From positions 3,069-67,068 of the forward strand of contig CALSCP010000368.1 in assembly GCA_943704425.1 (NCBI GenBank): DNA of 64,000 bases, written 5' to 3'. This stretch comes from Ministeria vibrans ATCC 50519. Taxonomy: Eukaryota > Protista > Filasterea. Below, one piece after another: positions 23,501 to 42,199 of the stretch. Each line of letters opens with the position of its first letter. Position 1 is the first letter of the stretch. The notes below the pieces were generated by a model that was not told the origin of the DNA, did no database searches, and saw only the letters and a program-made list of their open reading frames with translations. The translations under genes were made by a program, and so were the position numbers.

Positions 23501-25916
23501 CAACGAAGAAGAGGTGAAAGGGAAGAAGAAGAAGAATAATAATAATAATAATAATAATAATAAGGAGGAGGAGGAGGAGGAGGAGGAGGAGGAGGATGGG
23601 GCGTATGTGAAGGCGGAAGAACACCGTGAGATTGCAGAAGGGGTTGTTTGCGACGTTCTTGGTACTGCTTGTCTCGCTTTCTTGCTTGAAGATTGTGACG
23701 ACGAAGGTGATGGAGAAGCACGGAGGGCATTTGATGGACTGGTTGCGAGTGCAGCGCGCGAAGCCGGCGATGTTGGCTGGACGGAAGGAGTGGAAGAAGA
23801 CGAACGGGCGTTGTTTGTCGATGAGAAGGAGGCAAGCAAACTAGTACGTGATGAGGTGGAGGCTGGTCTGCGACAGGAGTGGGAGGAGAGCGAGAGTCTT
23901 CTTGACAGTGCTGTCGAGGCACTGCACGAGGCCCTTGTGGCTGTGGTGGACGTTGATGGCAATGCAGTGCCTCGTGTGCTTACACACGCTGTAATGACGC
24001 AACTGAGACCTTTGACGGCCCATCGCCTCTCTATGCTTGAATCAGTGCACTGTCTCGGTGTGCCCAGCGACAGTGCTCGCGAGACGCTTCACGACCGACT
24101 GTTGAGCGCGTACCACGCCGAGGCGCTGCTCCGCAGCGGTCGTGCACTACTGTCCGATTTTGGTCGACGATGTGCAATGACAGGGGTGACCACTGCAACC
24201 CCTTGGGCTGCTCTGCACCGCGGGCGGGTGTACTTTTTTGCCACTCGACAGGCTCGCCGTGACTTTGCTTGTCATCCACTGGTGGTGCGCGCCGCGCCCG
24301 TTCCGTGGCCGGTCGCGCCCGTCACGGTTGCGGTGGTAGGCACTTTAGGAAGTGGGAGTGTGGCAACGCTCGCAGAGCGACTGGCCCATCACTTTGACAT
24401 GCCGTGTCTCTCTGTGGCGGACGCGCTGCGCTGGTACATGGCGCACGTTGGCACGCGCACCGTGACTGGACGCGCTCTTGAGAGTACCTTGCACCGTGGT
24501 GAGTGTGCCGACAGTGCGACCGTGGCAACGGTGCTTCGTTGGCGACTGCAGCAGCCAGACTGTGTTGGTCATGGTTGTGTTTTGGTTGGCCTTGCATCCG
24601 AGGAGGTGCTGGCGGGTGCGGGATGTGTGCCGGCGCGGATCTTTGAAGTGGTAGAGGCGGAGCCTAACGTCATTCGCGGCCACGAGGGAGAACGTTCTGT
24701 TGTGGATGTTGCTGCTATGGCCAAGCGTGGTGACGCTCTTGTGCGCCAGGCACGTTGCGATGAAGGGACGTTCGCAAAAGCATCGGAGTTCGTGGCCCTT
24801 GTTGCCGCGCATGTGGATGATCTACGACACCATCTGAGTGCACACGAGCGACATGCACAGTGGTGTTGCGCACGCAACGCAGTGCGGGACCAGTGGCAGG
24901 AGCGCTACGCCAACTGGGTGTGTGTGGACGCAACGGAGCAGAGTCGCTGGGCACAGTTTGAACAGGCACGGGTGTGTTTGGAGCAATCGCGCGAGGCGGC
25001 GGCGCTCTACCGTGCCTACGAAGTGATGCAGCAAACGCCACGGCGCGCCATTGCCGTTGAACACCTCACAAGTCTCGTGTCGACTGCACGATTTGAGGCG
25101 CATCAGTCACCCTTGGGAGACTTGTGTCCCGTTGCACTGGCTCGGTCGCGTCAGCTTGTTCACTGTCGCACGCTCCGTAGCGCGACGACTTTTCGCGATT
25201 GTTGTGCCCTCTATCGCGGTAAGTTTTACTGGCTTAGCAGCGCAGAGGCACTTTGTACGTTCACGACCACACCAGACCCCGAGCAGTACGCGAGTGTGCC
25301 TGTGCCTGCGGCGCTGCCCAAGCGACGAGGGTCGCTCGACGTCCGCTCGCTCTTTCCCAAGCAACTCGAGTTGCGAGGCTACTGTCCCGTGGCGCTGACG
25401 CTTGGCGACTGCACCTACGAGAGTGTGGTGGCCGGCGATCGTGACTGTATTGTCGAGTACAACGAGCGACTGTGGTGTCTGGCTGACTTGGACGCGTGCG
25501 AGCGGTTCATGCTCGAGCCCCATCGCTATGTGACGGCTACGCTGCCTGCACGCCTCCCGCCTCCCAAGCAGCCGCCCGTTCCCCTCAGCGAGCTCCCCAT
25601 TCTTGATTACGTTGAAAAGACCTGCGCAACGGCGGTCTCTGCGGCACTCAGTGCCCTGGCGCATCTGCGCGCCAAACTTCCCTTCCTCAGTGCGCGCGAC
25701 TCGGCGCTGCGCTTTGTCGCGCTCCATCTGAAGGCGAACAATGGCGCGACGAGTGCCGCTTCACGCGAGCGCTACCAACGACAACTGGACAAGCTGTGTG
25801 AGGCGGCGCAGCTCTCATCGTACCTTGCTGCGAACGCCACCGACGACTACGCTGACCATCGCCGCCCGCTCGACTTTGACGTCAAATTGGCGCAATTTTT
25901 GTCTTTTCAAATGTAA
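20539..25916 (+). CDS. AK9: Adenylate kinase 9-like axonemal protein (repeated AK-like and YHS-like YCPV modules)
   Basis: Repeated YCPV/FCPV..Y..G..Y.F..F..P..Y modules and C-terminal KLPFLSARDSALRFVALHLKANN typical of AK9. The N gap at ~21400 leaves the frame junction unverified. Confidence 0.8.
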
Positions 25917-26091
25917 TTATTCCAGTCCAATATTATGTCGAAAAAGAAAAAGGAATGAACGATGAAGTGGAAAAAAACTGTACAAACTCTGTACTTGTCG
26001 ACAAGTAGGCAGAAACCCCTTCGAATTGCGTGTTGGCGCGAGTCAAAATTATTTTCAAAGATCAAATTTGTATATTATTCTTTTTTCCGAG

Positions 26092-26866
26092 ATGAATTTC
26101 ATTCGACGCGTTGGGTCGCGATTACTGGGACGAGGGCCGTCCGCTGCGGGCGCAGAGAGCGCGTCGAAAAGCAGTGCGGGGAAGGGGCTGAGTTACATTG
26201 GGTGCACGGTGCTTCGCGAGACGGCAGCGGCGGTACACGCACTTGAGAGAGAGAGAGAGAGGGAGCGACGCGCTTGAACGCGACGGTGTGTAGGTGCCGG
26301 TGAACGAGATCAGAACGAAGCCCATCCAGGAGCTGGTCAAGACGATGGTTAGGCTAATGAAAGAGAACGAAGGGTGCGGCATATCGGCGCCTCAGGTTGG
26401 AGTGGGCAAACGCGTCTTTGTGTGCATGTGGAAGTCGGAGTGGAGCAAGTCAATGTCGCCGCGGACACTGGCGGAAACGGGCACGGTGGCCTTTCCGCTC
26501 AAGGTGTGCATCAACCCCGAGCTGGTGGCGATTGGGGGACGCACAACGCGTCTGCAAGAAGGCTGTCTATCGGTGCCCTCTTACACGGCTGTCGTGGAAC
26601 GCTTCCACAAGGTGAAGCTGACGGCGTACGACGAGAATGCTCGCAAGTTTGAGTGGATTGTCAGTGGCTATCCAGCACGCATATTGCAACACGAGTACGA
26701 CCACATGAATGGCGTCGTGTGTGTCGATCGGATGCTACCGCGTTCCATGATTCACATTGAGTCGGACATGGAGATACCAAGCGATTACAAGAGAGTCAGC
26801 CCGCCTCGTCTGTCTGTCATACCCGACGAGCCCGCAATGATTGCGCGAGGGCGCAAATCATCATGA
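26092..26866 (+). CDS. PDF: Mitochondrial peptide deformylase
   Basis: GCGISAPQVG, EGCLS and QHEYDH motifs, Arg-rich presequence MNFIRRVGSRLLGR, one intron. Confidence 0.95.
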
Positions 26867-27068
26867 TGTATGATGCATGTATGTTCTTCTTTCAACGAGC
26901 GACCCCACTTCTTTTATTTTTGTTTATCAATCATGTTCAGTAATGCAAGTGCACAAACAATCACAATAATAATTAGAAGAATACAACCCATTTATTCATA
27001 ATACAGTCACCAGATCTACAACAAAAGCACAAGTGCAATCGCTATCTAATTATTATTTCATCAGCAGA

Positions 27069-28607
27069 TTACAGGGAGAAAAGACGATCGAGAGCGGGGT
27101 CGGCGGAAACATGTGGATAGTCGTGACGAAAGGCATGCCATGAAAGCGAGGCCTGGTCACGGAGCCCCCTAGCGTCAAGAAGGAGAACGTAGGAGCGCGT
27201 AGCGTGAGGGCAGTCGGGGTTGATATGAAGGGCGCTGCGTAGAATGGACAAGGCGTCGGCGGGTCGGTTGAGGTCGCTGGCGAGGAGAGTCGCACGACAC
27301 GTGAGGAGGATTGATGAGGATTCCGAGGCGACCTCGAGGGTTTGCAGAGCTTCGAGGGGACGTGCCAGGTGGCGAAGAGCGTGTGCCTTGTGCCATAGGA
27401 AGAGCGGGTCGTTGAGCGCCGAGGGGATGTTGCGACATGCTTGGGCGACCGTATCGAGAACGCCCTGGTGGTCGTCCAAGTGCGACTGGGCGTCCGCCAG
27501 GGTCAACATGAGGTTGCGGGCGACGTCGAGGCCGCTGGAGAAAAATTGTGCGGACCTGAGACGTGGCTGGACGACATCGGAAACGGTGTGCCACTGTTCG
27601 GCAACACACAGGGTCTGTACATAGCGCAAGAGTGAGTCTGGGGAAGAGTCTGCGATGGGCGCGAGGAGTTCAACGGCGACTGACGCCTCACTAAGCGCCG
27701 CTGCGTTGGCCAGGAGTCTGGGGGCGTCTTCGGGACGCTCGCAGACGGAAATGGCTTCGCGAGTGTACATCAAGGCAGTGCGCGGGTCAAACGGAGCAGT
27801 GGCACATGCAAGAAGATTATAGCGCCAAGAGCGCGGAATAAGGCAGGTGGAATTGACGTCGTTGTGGACGAGAGACAGGAGCATCGAAGAGGATTCGGCG
27901 TGGCAACCCTGTGCGTACGCACGGTAACCTTTGAGGTAGAGGGCAGCGGAAAAGACGGGCCAGGACGGCTCGGCGATGCTGAGTGCCTCGTTGAGGAGGG
28001 TGTCGGCATGCTGAGTCGTGCTGTCGATGCCGATCGCAAGACGGGCAGCATACACGAGCGCAATGGGCAACAGGTGCTGAGGCTCAACGCCAAGTAGACA
28101 AGCAAGTTCGGGCTGGACAATGAGACGGGTGGTGGGCAGAGTGGCAGAGGAGCGCGACGTGTCGATGGCGCGCAAAAGAAAGTCGAGAGCTTGCTGTGGC
28201 GCTGGAGCGCGTGCATTGACTGCGTACACTGTGGCGAGGTCCAGAAGAGAGCCTGTCGACAAGGAGAGAGGCGGCGGTCCCGCGGTGGTGACGACGGAGA
28301 GGCTGGAAGGCCCCTCTAAAAGTTGGTTGAACGCAAACGTTGTGTGTGCAAGGCCCACACGCGAAACAGTTCGGAGAATTCGAGGGACACTTGCATCGCG
28401 AGCGTTGACCAGCGCCGCGATGCGTTGCATGGAGAGACTGTGTGTGGAGACGCAGGCAAGGCAGAGTGCGGGGTCATGATTGGCGGACTGGAGCGCGTCA
28501 AGCCAGCGACGCGTTTCACGACACATTTCAACGTTTACATCCTCGTCAGACTTTCCCAAAGCAACGCGGTACAGTGTCTGCGACCCAGTCGCATCATAAC
28601 GATACAT
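27069..28607 (-). CDS. TPR / alpha-solenoid repeat protein
   Basis: 512-aa Ala/Leu-rich ORF with TPR-like segments (ALYLKGYRAYAQG, KAHALRHLARPLEALQTL, ALSILRSALHINP). Confidence 0.7.
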   Translation of the reverse strand: MYRYDATGSQTLYRVALGKSDEDVNVEMCRETRRWLDALQSANHDPALCLACVSTHSLSMQRIAALVNARDASVPRILRTVSRVGLAHTTFAFNQLLEGPSSLSVVTTAGPPPLSLSTGSLLDLATVYAVNARAPAPQQALDFLLRAIDTSRSSATLPTTRLIVQPELACLLGVEPQHLLPIALVYAARLAIGIDSTTQHADTLLNEALSIAEPSWPVFSAALYLKGYRAYAQGCHAESSSMLLSLVHNDVNSTCLIPRSWRYNLLACATAPFDPRTALMYTREAISVCERPEDAPRLLANAAALSEASVAVELLAPIADSSPDSLLRYVQTLCVAEQWHTVSDVVQPRLRSAQFFSSGLDVARNLMLTLADAQSHLDDHQGVLDTVAQACRNIPSALNDPLFLWHKAHALRHLARPLEALQTLEVASESSSILLTCRATLLASDLNRPADALSILRSALHINPDCPHATRSYVLLLDARGLRDQASLSWHAFRHDYPHVSADPALDRLFSL

Positions 28608-28801
28608 CCATCAAAGCAAAAATGTGTGTGGACTGTGGACTGTGGAGCGTGGATGAAACGAAAAAAGAACTCATGACTGCAGTTTGGATTTTTAAATTTG
28701 GCAATTAAATAGCTTTTAGCAAACCTCTTTGACTTCTCTTTGTCTACGTGTCTTGTGGACACGTCTTTGTGTGTCTCTGTGTGTAACCGTAGAACTGTAG
28801 A

Positions 28802-31378
<2,577 letters not shown>

Positions 31379-31640
31379 TGGCAGAGAGAAAGATTGAGAT
31401 GGAAAGAGACAGAGAGAAGTATGGAGTGGTAATATGATTATCATACACATAACGAAACAAAACAATTATTTGAGAGTCAATTTGAGTTCGTCGGCGGAAG
31501 TATTTAGTATTGTGCTGCTCTTTGTTTTGTATATTGTCTTGTTTTGACATTGAGTTCAGCTCTCGATTCTCTATTTATTTTCCTAGACCTTAGTTCATAG
31601 TTGACTTAGTTCAGAGTTGTTTGTGTTTCCTTACCAATAT

Positions 31641-32493
31641 ATGCCTCGCAAAGGCTCTCGCGACGCCAGGCTGACGCTTCAGCTGGAGAATGCACGCGAA
31701 TCCTTGGAAGAGCTGAGAAGACAGGAGCTCGTGGCAGAGCAAGAACTTGCGGTAAGCCCTCTTTTTGTTTTGTCTCGCTCTCACGCTGCGTCGCGGTGCT
31801 GTAGAGACTCAATTCTACCATTGATACGTACAAAGACGACGGTACTAAGGCGGCACGGACCAATCAGCTCACCACAGTGACGACCGCGGTGGAAGAGAAG
31901 AAGAAGGAAATTCGCGAAATATTAACGGAGCTTCGCAAACTCAAGGCAGAAATCAGCGACCTCCAGATCGCATCGAAACACAAATCCAGTCACGTTCAGG
32001 TACAGTGAATGCTGCGGGGGTTTGTAACTGAGAAGCGTACAAGTTTTTTTGTTTATTGATGTGTTGACTGTTGACTCCCCCTTACGTTCTGTAGCATCTC
32101 CGTAATGAGTTGCAACAAATCCAGACTGAATCATCAACGCCAAGTGCGAGCACGGATAGCCTAGGGGCGTTGCCGTCAAACGAGTTGGATCCGCTGGAGA
32201 TGGAGAAGCGCGCACTGGAGTGTGACCTGGTTGCGGAGCAACGTCGCGTCTCCGAGCTGAAGCAGCACATTGAGCGACTGAGCGGCGAAAGGGAGACGCT
32301 TCTTGGGGGGTCGGGCAAGGTGAGAGGCGGAAGCAGTGGAGGCGGAGGGGGAATGCGCAGGTTGCTGAAGCGAGTGGGAGCCGGGAAGGGAGGCCAAGGG
32401 GCCGAGGTCGCAAAGCTGCGCGAGGAGAATCTCGCTTTGCAAGGCCTTGTGGCCAAGCTGAGTGATATGATTGCTGACGATGCAGAGCAGTAG
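31641..32493 (+). CDS. Hypothetical coiled-coil protein, multi-exon
   Basis: MPRKGSRDARLTLQLENARESLEELRR, heptad-rich exons joined by GT-AG introns, ends DDAEQ*. Confidence 0.6.
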
Positions 32494-32842
32494 GAACTAG
32501 GAGGGGGATTGTACATACGTATTATACTATTTGTTAAGTAATATTAAAATTTGTTCCTTATTAATTTTTATCATTAATAAATGGGTTGTATTCTTCTTCT
32601 AATTTTTATCTTCCCATACTCTTACTCTCCACCCAATCAGCCAGGCGAACCACTCTAATTTATTTGTCTCTAAACTGAGTCTAAAGTCTTTGTCAATTGT
32701 CCCTCTCACTGTTATTGGCAATAATCTTATTGGCAATTTTCTTATAATATGCGTTCTGATTTATCTGAAATCTGAATTTCTGATTCGATTAATAATTATT
32801 TCTGCAATCATTTTGCGTGCATCACCCTTTCAATAGTATAAG

Positions 32843-33656
32843 ATGGAGCCTTCAAAGTCACAACTTATGGACGAGTTTCGCGGCCAGATCGCACTCGCGA
32901 ATGCACAGATGCTTGTGCAAGTAAGACATTGGCACGTTGCGCGTCTCTCGCCGCCTCAGAGATGCATTCAGAACACTTTGCGCGCACCATCCCGCTTTAC
33001 AAACACATTGCTACGCCTCCGTCTGCGAAATTGCTCATTTGCTTGCTGTGGGGAGGAGAAAAAAAAAAGTCGAACATGACAAAATCTCGCGAGAACGACT
33101 CAAGCAGGATTTTGACGCTGCACGCAACTATCCTTGTTGGCGGCACATGTCACACATGTGCCCACGTGTCTGTGGTGGATGCAACGGGCTCGATTCTTGG
33201 CTGTAGGGCGGAAATGAATTGTTCTGGTGATCGTTCCCGTTCGCTCTGGCACGTGAAAGACCCTGCGCCACGCACGCCGCTGTGGAATGTGTGTAGCACA
33301 CTGGTGGGTGTGTGGGGGGACAGGATCTGCGCCCTGGAGTGGCCCGCTCTTGCGCGTCCGTGTCGATTTCTGTGTCTTTGTCAAGACGAGCGATTTGCTG
33401 ACGCGCGCTCCTGTAGAAAATGACAGACAAGTGCTTCAACAAGTGCGTAACAAAGCCGGGTACAGCGCTGGACGCCAACGAGCGAGTACGTGTTTCCCTT
33501 TTGAGAATGCCTTTTGGAGTGCACTAATTTCTTACACTACTCACTCTCGTTTAGGCGTGTGTTGCAAAATGCATGGACCGCTACATGGATTCGTGGAACC
33601 ACGTGATGCGCACCTATGCCGCACGCATTCAACGAGATTCCCAAAACATGAATTGA
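32843..33656 (+). CDS. TIMM13: Mitochondrial small Tim chaperone Tim13
   Basis: QIALANAQMLVQ/KMTDKCFNKCVTKPGTALDANER/ACVAKCMDRYMDSWNHV, a twin CX3C motif. Confidence 0.93.
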
Positions 33657-33915
33657 CAGAGTGAGTACAGTAAATTTTTCAATGTGACATTTTCAGTTTT
33701 CGTCGCAAGTGAGTTTGAACTGAGTAGCCGATAGCAGCGGCCGGTCAGGGAAGCACTTAGCACACGGTTTGTCACAGGGCAGATTTTGGATTGCTTAGTT
33801 TACTGAATAAATGGTCAATTGACAATTCGGTCCGAGTAGGAATAAATAAATTTCAGACTGAGTATTCAAGCGTTAAAATTCCAATGATAATCATTTGAAT
33901 TTCATTTCTTATTCC

Positions 33916-35146
33916 ATGTCGCACAGTTGTGAAGTTTGCTCTCTCGCACGCGTACGACCCATATTGTAGTGTTAGTTCTTGTTCTCGGCATGACAACCTT
34001 TTGGTGCTTCTCTTGCGGCAGTTTCCGGTCCACAGCGCAGCGAGATCTGGACACTTGAACTGCTTGCAGTCTCTCCTCAGCGACGCCTCTCCCGTCGCTG
34101 CCCACGCCGAAATCCCCGATGAGTGTGTTGGATTTACCCCAATCCACTGGGCAGCGTACATGGGGCATTTGGGTATGTTTCAGGAAGGAACATGAGAGTT
34201 CGTGAAACCGCATTGACTATTGTAGAAATCGTCGCTTATCTACACTCGATTGGCGTCAATTGCAATGCGGAGTGCAGGTACGGCGTTGCTATGAATGTGC
34301 CGGAGGTGCTGATGCAGTGTCTTGTCATTCTCTCTATCACTTTGTTTCTATCACTTTGTTTCTATTACTTTGTTTCTATCACTTTGTTTCTAATACTTTG
34401 TTTCTATCACTTTGTTTCCATCACTTTGTTTCTATCGCTTTTTTCTATCACTTTGTTTCTATTACTTTGTTTCTCTCTCTATTACTTTGTTTCTCTCTAT
34501 CACTTTTTTTTCTCTATCACTTCATAACTCTCTGTCTCTCTGTCTCTCTCTCTCTCCAGTGTCAACAAGCAAACTCCTCTTCATGTGTCTGCCTATGGTG
34601 GGCGAGCGGAGGTTCTTTCTTTTCTGGTGCAGCACGCAGGGCTCTATGTCAACGCAGTCGATGCACAAGGAGACACACCCGCACACAAGGCGGCCATCAG
34701 TGGAGAGGTACAAGAACTACGTGTCGCACTTAATAACGTTCTACCCCCCTCTTTAGTATCAATGCCTCCAAGTACTTGTACGACACGGGGCCATGCTGAC
34801 ACTGCGTAATCACTCACGTGAGTCTGCGCGCGACAAGGCGCTGTTTCATCGACGACAGCGATGCGTCGCACTGCTCGACTCAATTCTCACCACACAATCC
34901 ACACAGCACATCAATGGCGAGCCCGACAAGAACACCAACAGTCACACACTTCCACATACCCACGAGGAACTTGCGCTTCTCATCCATGGTGGTTGCGTTT
35001 CGGCCAATCGAACGAACAAGCGCAAGAGAGTACGCGACGACCATGTCCCACCCGATGGTCCGTACGATCAGCCTCTCACCAAACGGCACCACTTTACCTC
35101 CGATCAACCCACAGAGCCATTGCACTCGGATGAAATGGAAATCTAG
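33916..35146 (+). CDS. Ankyrin-repeat protein
   Basis: FPVHSAARSGHLNCL, GFTPIHWAAYMGH, TPLHVSAYGG and GDTPAHKAA. Basic KRKR motif in the C-terminus. Confidence 0.85.
34336..34522. repeat. Tandem 14-bp minisatellite (ATCACTTTGTTTCT), about 12 imperfect copies, intronic
   Basis: Directly visible. The same unit recurs in other introns of the window. Confidence 0.9.
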
Positions 35147-35306
35147 TTGGCGCGAGCCGAACTCAGCCGATTGTGACATGTCAATGTACTTTAATAATTG
35201 TACTTTAGAATTTAATATTAATTTTTAGTCAATTATTCACAATTAAATTTTTATTTTTTAACACTTTTTTTTTTCTTCTTTTTCTTCTTGCAACAATACA
35301 TTTGTA

Positions 35307-36280
35307 ATGGAGCCTGTTCGCGTCGCCATTGTTACTGGTGCCAATCGAGGCATTGGCTACCACATTGTTGCAAAGCTCGCTTCAGCACTGTCGAGCAATT
35401 TCCAAATTTACCTCACAGGTGAGCAACTGCCCTCACCCGCTCTCTCTCTCTCTCTCTCTTGATCTGATCCGTCCGTTCCAATAGCTCGTAATGCCTCCAC
35501 TGGCGCGGCTGCCGTCAAAGAACTTGCCCAATCCAACGTCGCGTTCCATGAATTGGACATTAGCAAGACGGAAAGTGTCGCGAAATTCGCCGCATTCTTG
35601 CGCGCCACGCACGGCGACAAATGCATCGACATCCTGGTGAACAACGCCGCTGCCAAGATGACACCTTCCGCTGGGTACAGTGCGGTGGACGCGGCGCGCG
35701 ATACCTTTCAGCTCAACTACACAGCGACGCGCGATCTGTTTGACGCGTACCGTCCGCTTCTGCGACCGCACGCGCGCGTTGTGAACGTCTCTTCCACCAT
35801 GGGCCTGCGTAGTCATCTCGCCAGCGCTACACTTCGAGAGCGCTTTAGCGACCCTCTCATCACCGTCAGCCAGCTCGACACGCTCGCGAGTGAGTATCTC
35901 GCCGCAGTGGAAGCGAACAAGATTGACTCCGACGGTTGGCGAGTGTCCCCCTATGGCTTCTCAAAGGTGCTGCTGAACGCACTCACAGTGATCCAGGCAC
36001 GTGAAATGAACGACCCAACGATTCTCGTCAATTCGTGCCATCCAGGTTGGGTAAGTAGCTTGAGTGAGAGAATGACCAGTTGCCAGCTGCAATTGTGATG
36101 ATTGACCGACTTTAAACGTTTGTGCTGTGTGTTGTACAGTGCCAAACCAGCATGGGCGGACCCAGTGCGCCGATGACCGCGGCCTCGGGCGCCGAGACAC
36201 CCGTATTTCTTGCGCTTTTGCCAAACGGTGCGCAGACAAGTGGAAAGTACTTTGACAATAAGATCGAGCAGCGAATGTAA
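35307..36280 (+). CDS. Short-chain dehydrogenase, carbonyl reductase (CBR1)-like
   Basis: VAIVTGANRGIG, IDILVNNAA, RVVNVSS, YGFSK and NSCHPGW/CQTSMGG. Confidence 0.92.
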
Positions 36281-36306
36281 AGTTGATTGATTGTTGTACA
36301 ATGTAT

Positions 36307-40175
<3,869 letters not shown>

Positions 40176-40237
40176 GAATAAAATTGTTATTATTTTGATT
40201 GGACTCATTGGTCGATTTGATTGATTCTTATTCTTGT

Positions 40238-42059
40238 TTATTCGCGCTCAATCACAGCCGCCGCGCCCATTCCGGTGCCTAATGAGACGCAAAAGTAACG
40301 TCAACTCGACTAATTTTTTCATGTAAAACTTGCGAGTTCCTCACCAATGCACATGGAGACAACGCCACGACGGAGCGAGCGACGATCAAGTTCGTTCATG
40401 AGCGTTGCAATCTGACGTGCGCCCGTACACCCCAACGGATGGCTGAAAGAAACAAAATAAGTTGAATAGGTCAGACAAAGAACACACCAAATGGACAATG
40501 GTTGTTAATTGTAGTTAATACCCCATCGCAATGGCACCTCCGTTAGGATTCAACTTCTCACGCGGAATGTTCAACTAACACCATAGAGTCAATACAATAT
40601 TGTACGCAAATAAGAACACGGAAGGGGCTCACCTCGCGAACGCAGTAGGTGGCCTGCGAGGCAAAGGCTTCGTTGATTTCAAAGACATCAATGTCGGTGA
40701 CGGCGAGACGAGCGCTGCGGAGGGCAGCGGGGATGGCCACGGCGGGTCCGATGCCCATAACGTCAGGCTTGACACCCACGCACGCGTACGCGCGGATGCA
40801 CCCCAAGATGGGCAGACCCAGCCGCTGGGCCGTTGATCGCCGTGCCAGCAACACTGCAGCCGCTCCGTCGCTCATCTGCGATGAGTTGCCTGAGCACACA
40901 CACACATATATACATAAAATGAATATAATTATTATTGTTGTTTGGCGCTTCGTACCGGCCGTAGTTGAACCACCCTCTTGAAAGGCTGGCTTGAGCTTAG
41001 CCAGCGATGCAATGGTTGTCTTGGCGCGCACCCCATCGTCTCTAACGCGCAACACGAGACGCATTCAACACACACTTACACTCACACACTTCGACTCTTG
41101 TCTTGTCTCACTTGTCGACAACCGTTCCGTCCTCCAGTGTCACCGGTACAATCTCGCGCGCAAGCCATCCTTTCGCCTGCGCCTCGCTCAGCTTCGCGTG
41201 CGACTCGGCCGCCATTCGATCTTGATCTTCGCGTGTCACTCCGTAGCGCTACAAGCACAAACGCGATATTTTGAATATTCGTGGTTCTTGTTTCGCCGCT
41301 GTTCCTTATTGATACCTCTGCAACATTCTCTGAAGTGATTCCCATTGGAGTGAGACAGTCGCGCGCCAGAGGCACGTCAAACACCGCCGAGTTGAGCGGG
41401 TCGGGTGCACCGCCACTCATACTAAAGGACATGCAGTAAGTGCATAGATATATATTATGTATATGTGTCATTGAGACACCTTGCACGTACCTGTTCATCG
41501 ACATGGACTCGACACCGCCACCAATTCCAATGTCGTAGTGACCGGCTTTGATGGACGCAGCCACGTCCATCACCGCCTGAAGGCCACTGCTGCACTGTCG
41601 GTTCACCGTGTGCAACGGAATCGTCTCAGGCAGTCCCGCGAGGAACTGGGCCAATCGTGCCATCACAGCACCCCCGCCCGGCTGCAACACGTTCCCTACC
41701 AACGGTGTACGTACGTGTGTTCAGATCTTCATTACATTTGTTTGATTTTACCGATGACAATGTCTCCAATGTCCTCTGGTCGCACTTTGGTACGCTCAAT
41801 GGTGGCCTTGAGCACCGTGGCAAGCAGCGCGTCCGGCGGCGTGTCCTTGAACCCGCCGCGTTTAGCTTTGCAGACGGGCGTTCTGTCAAGGTGGATGAGC
41901 TCAGCACACTCCTCTCCCTCTCCGCCAGTTCAAAGGCAAGACGTACCGCAAAGCCGACACAATGACCACATCGTTACTGTCTTGCGCAGAGACAGTCGAG
42001 GCAGCAGTTGCCTGAGCACTCAAGTGCGCTTGGATGGTTTGGATTCGAGCGGAAGACAT
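40238..42059 (-). CDS. ACAA1: Peroxisomal 3-ketoacyl-CoA thiolase
   Basis: PTS2 RIQTIQAHL, NRQCSSGLQA, GNSSQMSDGAAA, EINEAFA, GHPLG and C-terminal GTGMGAAAVIERE*. Confidence 0.93.
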
Positions 42060-42199
42060 AAGGCGAAGAAAAGTGGTCACTGGTCACTGTTGAGTGTTCA
42101 GTGTTGACTGATATTTGATTGATTGAGTTGTTTGAGTTGATACGCTGATCAGTCATCAGTGGTCACTCTTGTTGCCCCGTATCGACTCTCTGAACAATC

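Noticed and set aside
34336-34522. CRISPR-like array
   Set aside because: Units are directly adjacent or joined by (CT)n with no unique spacers. The context is a eukaryotic intron with no cas genes.
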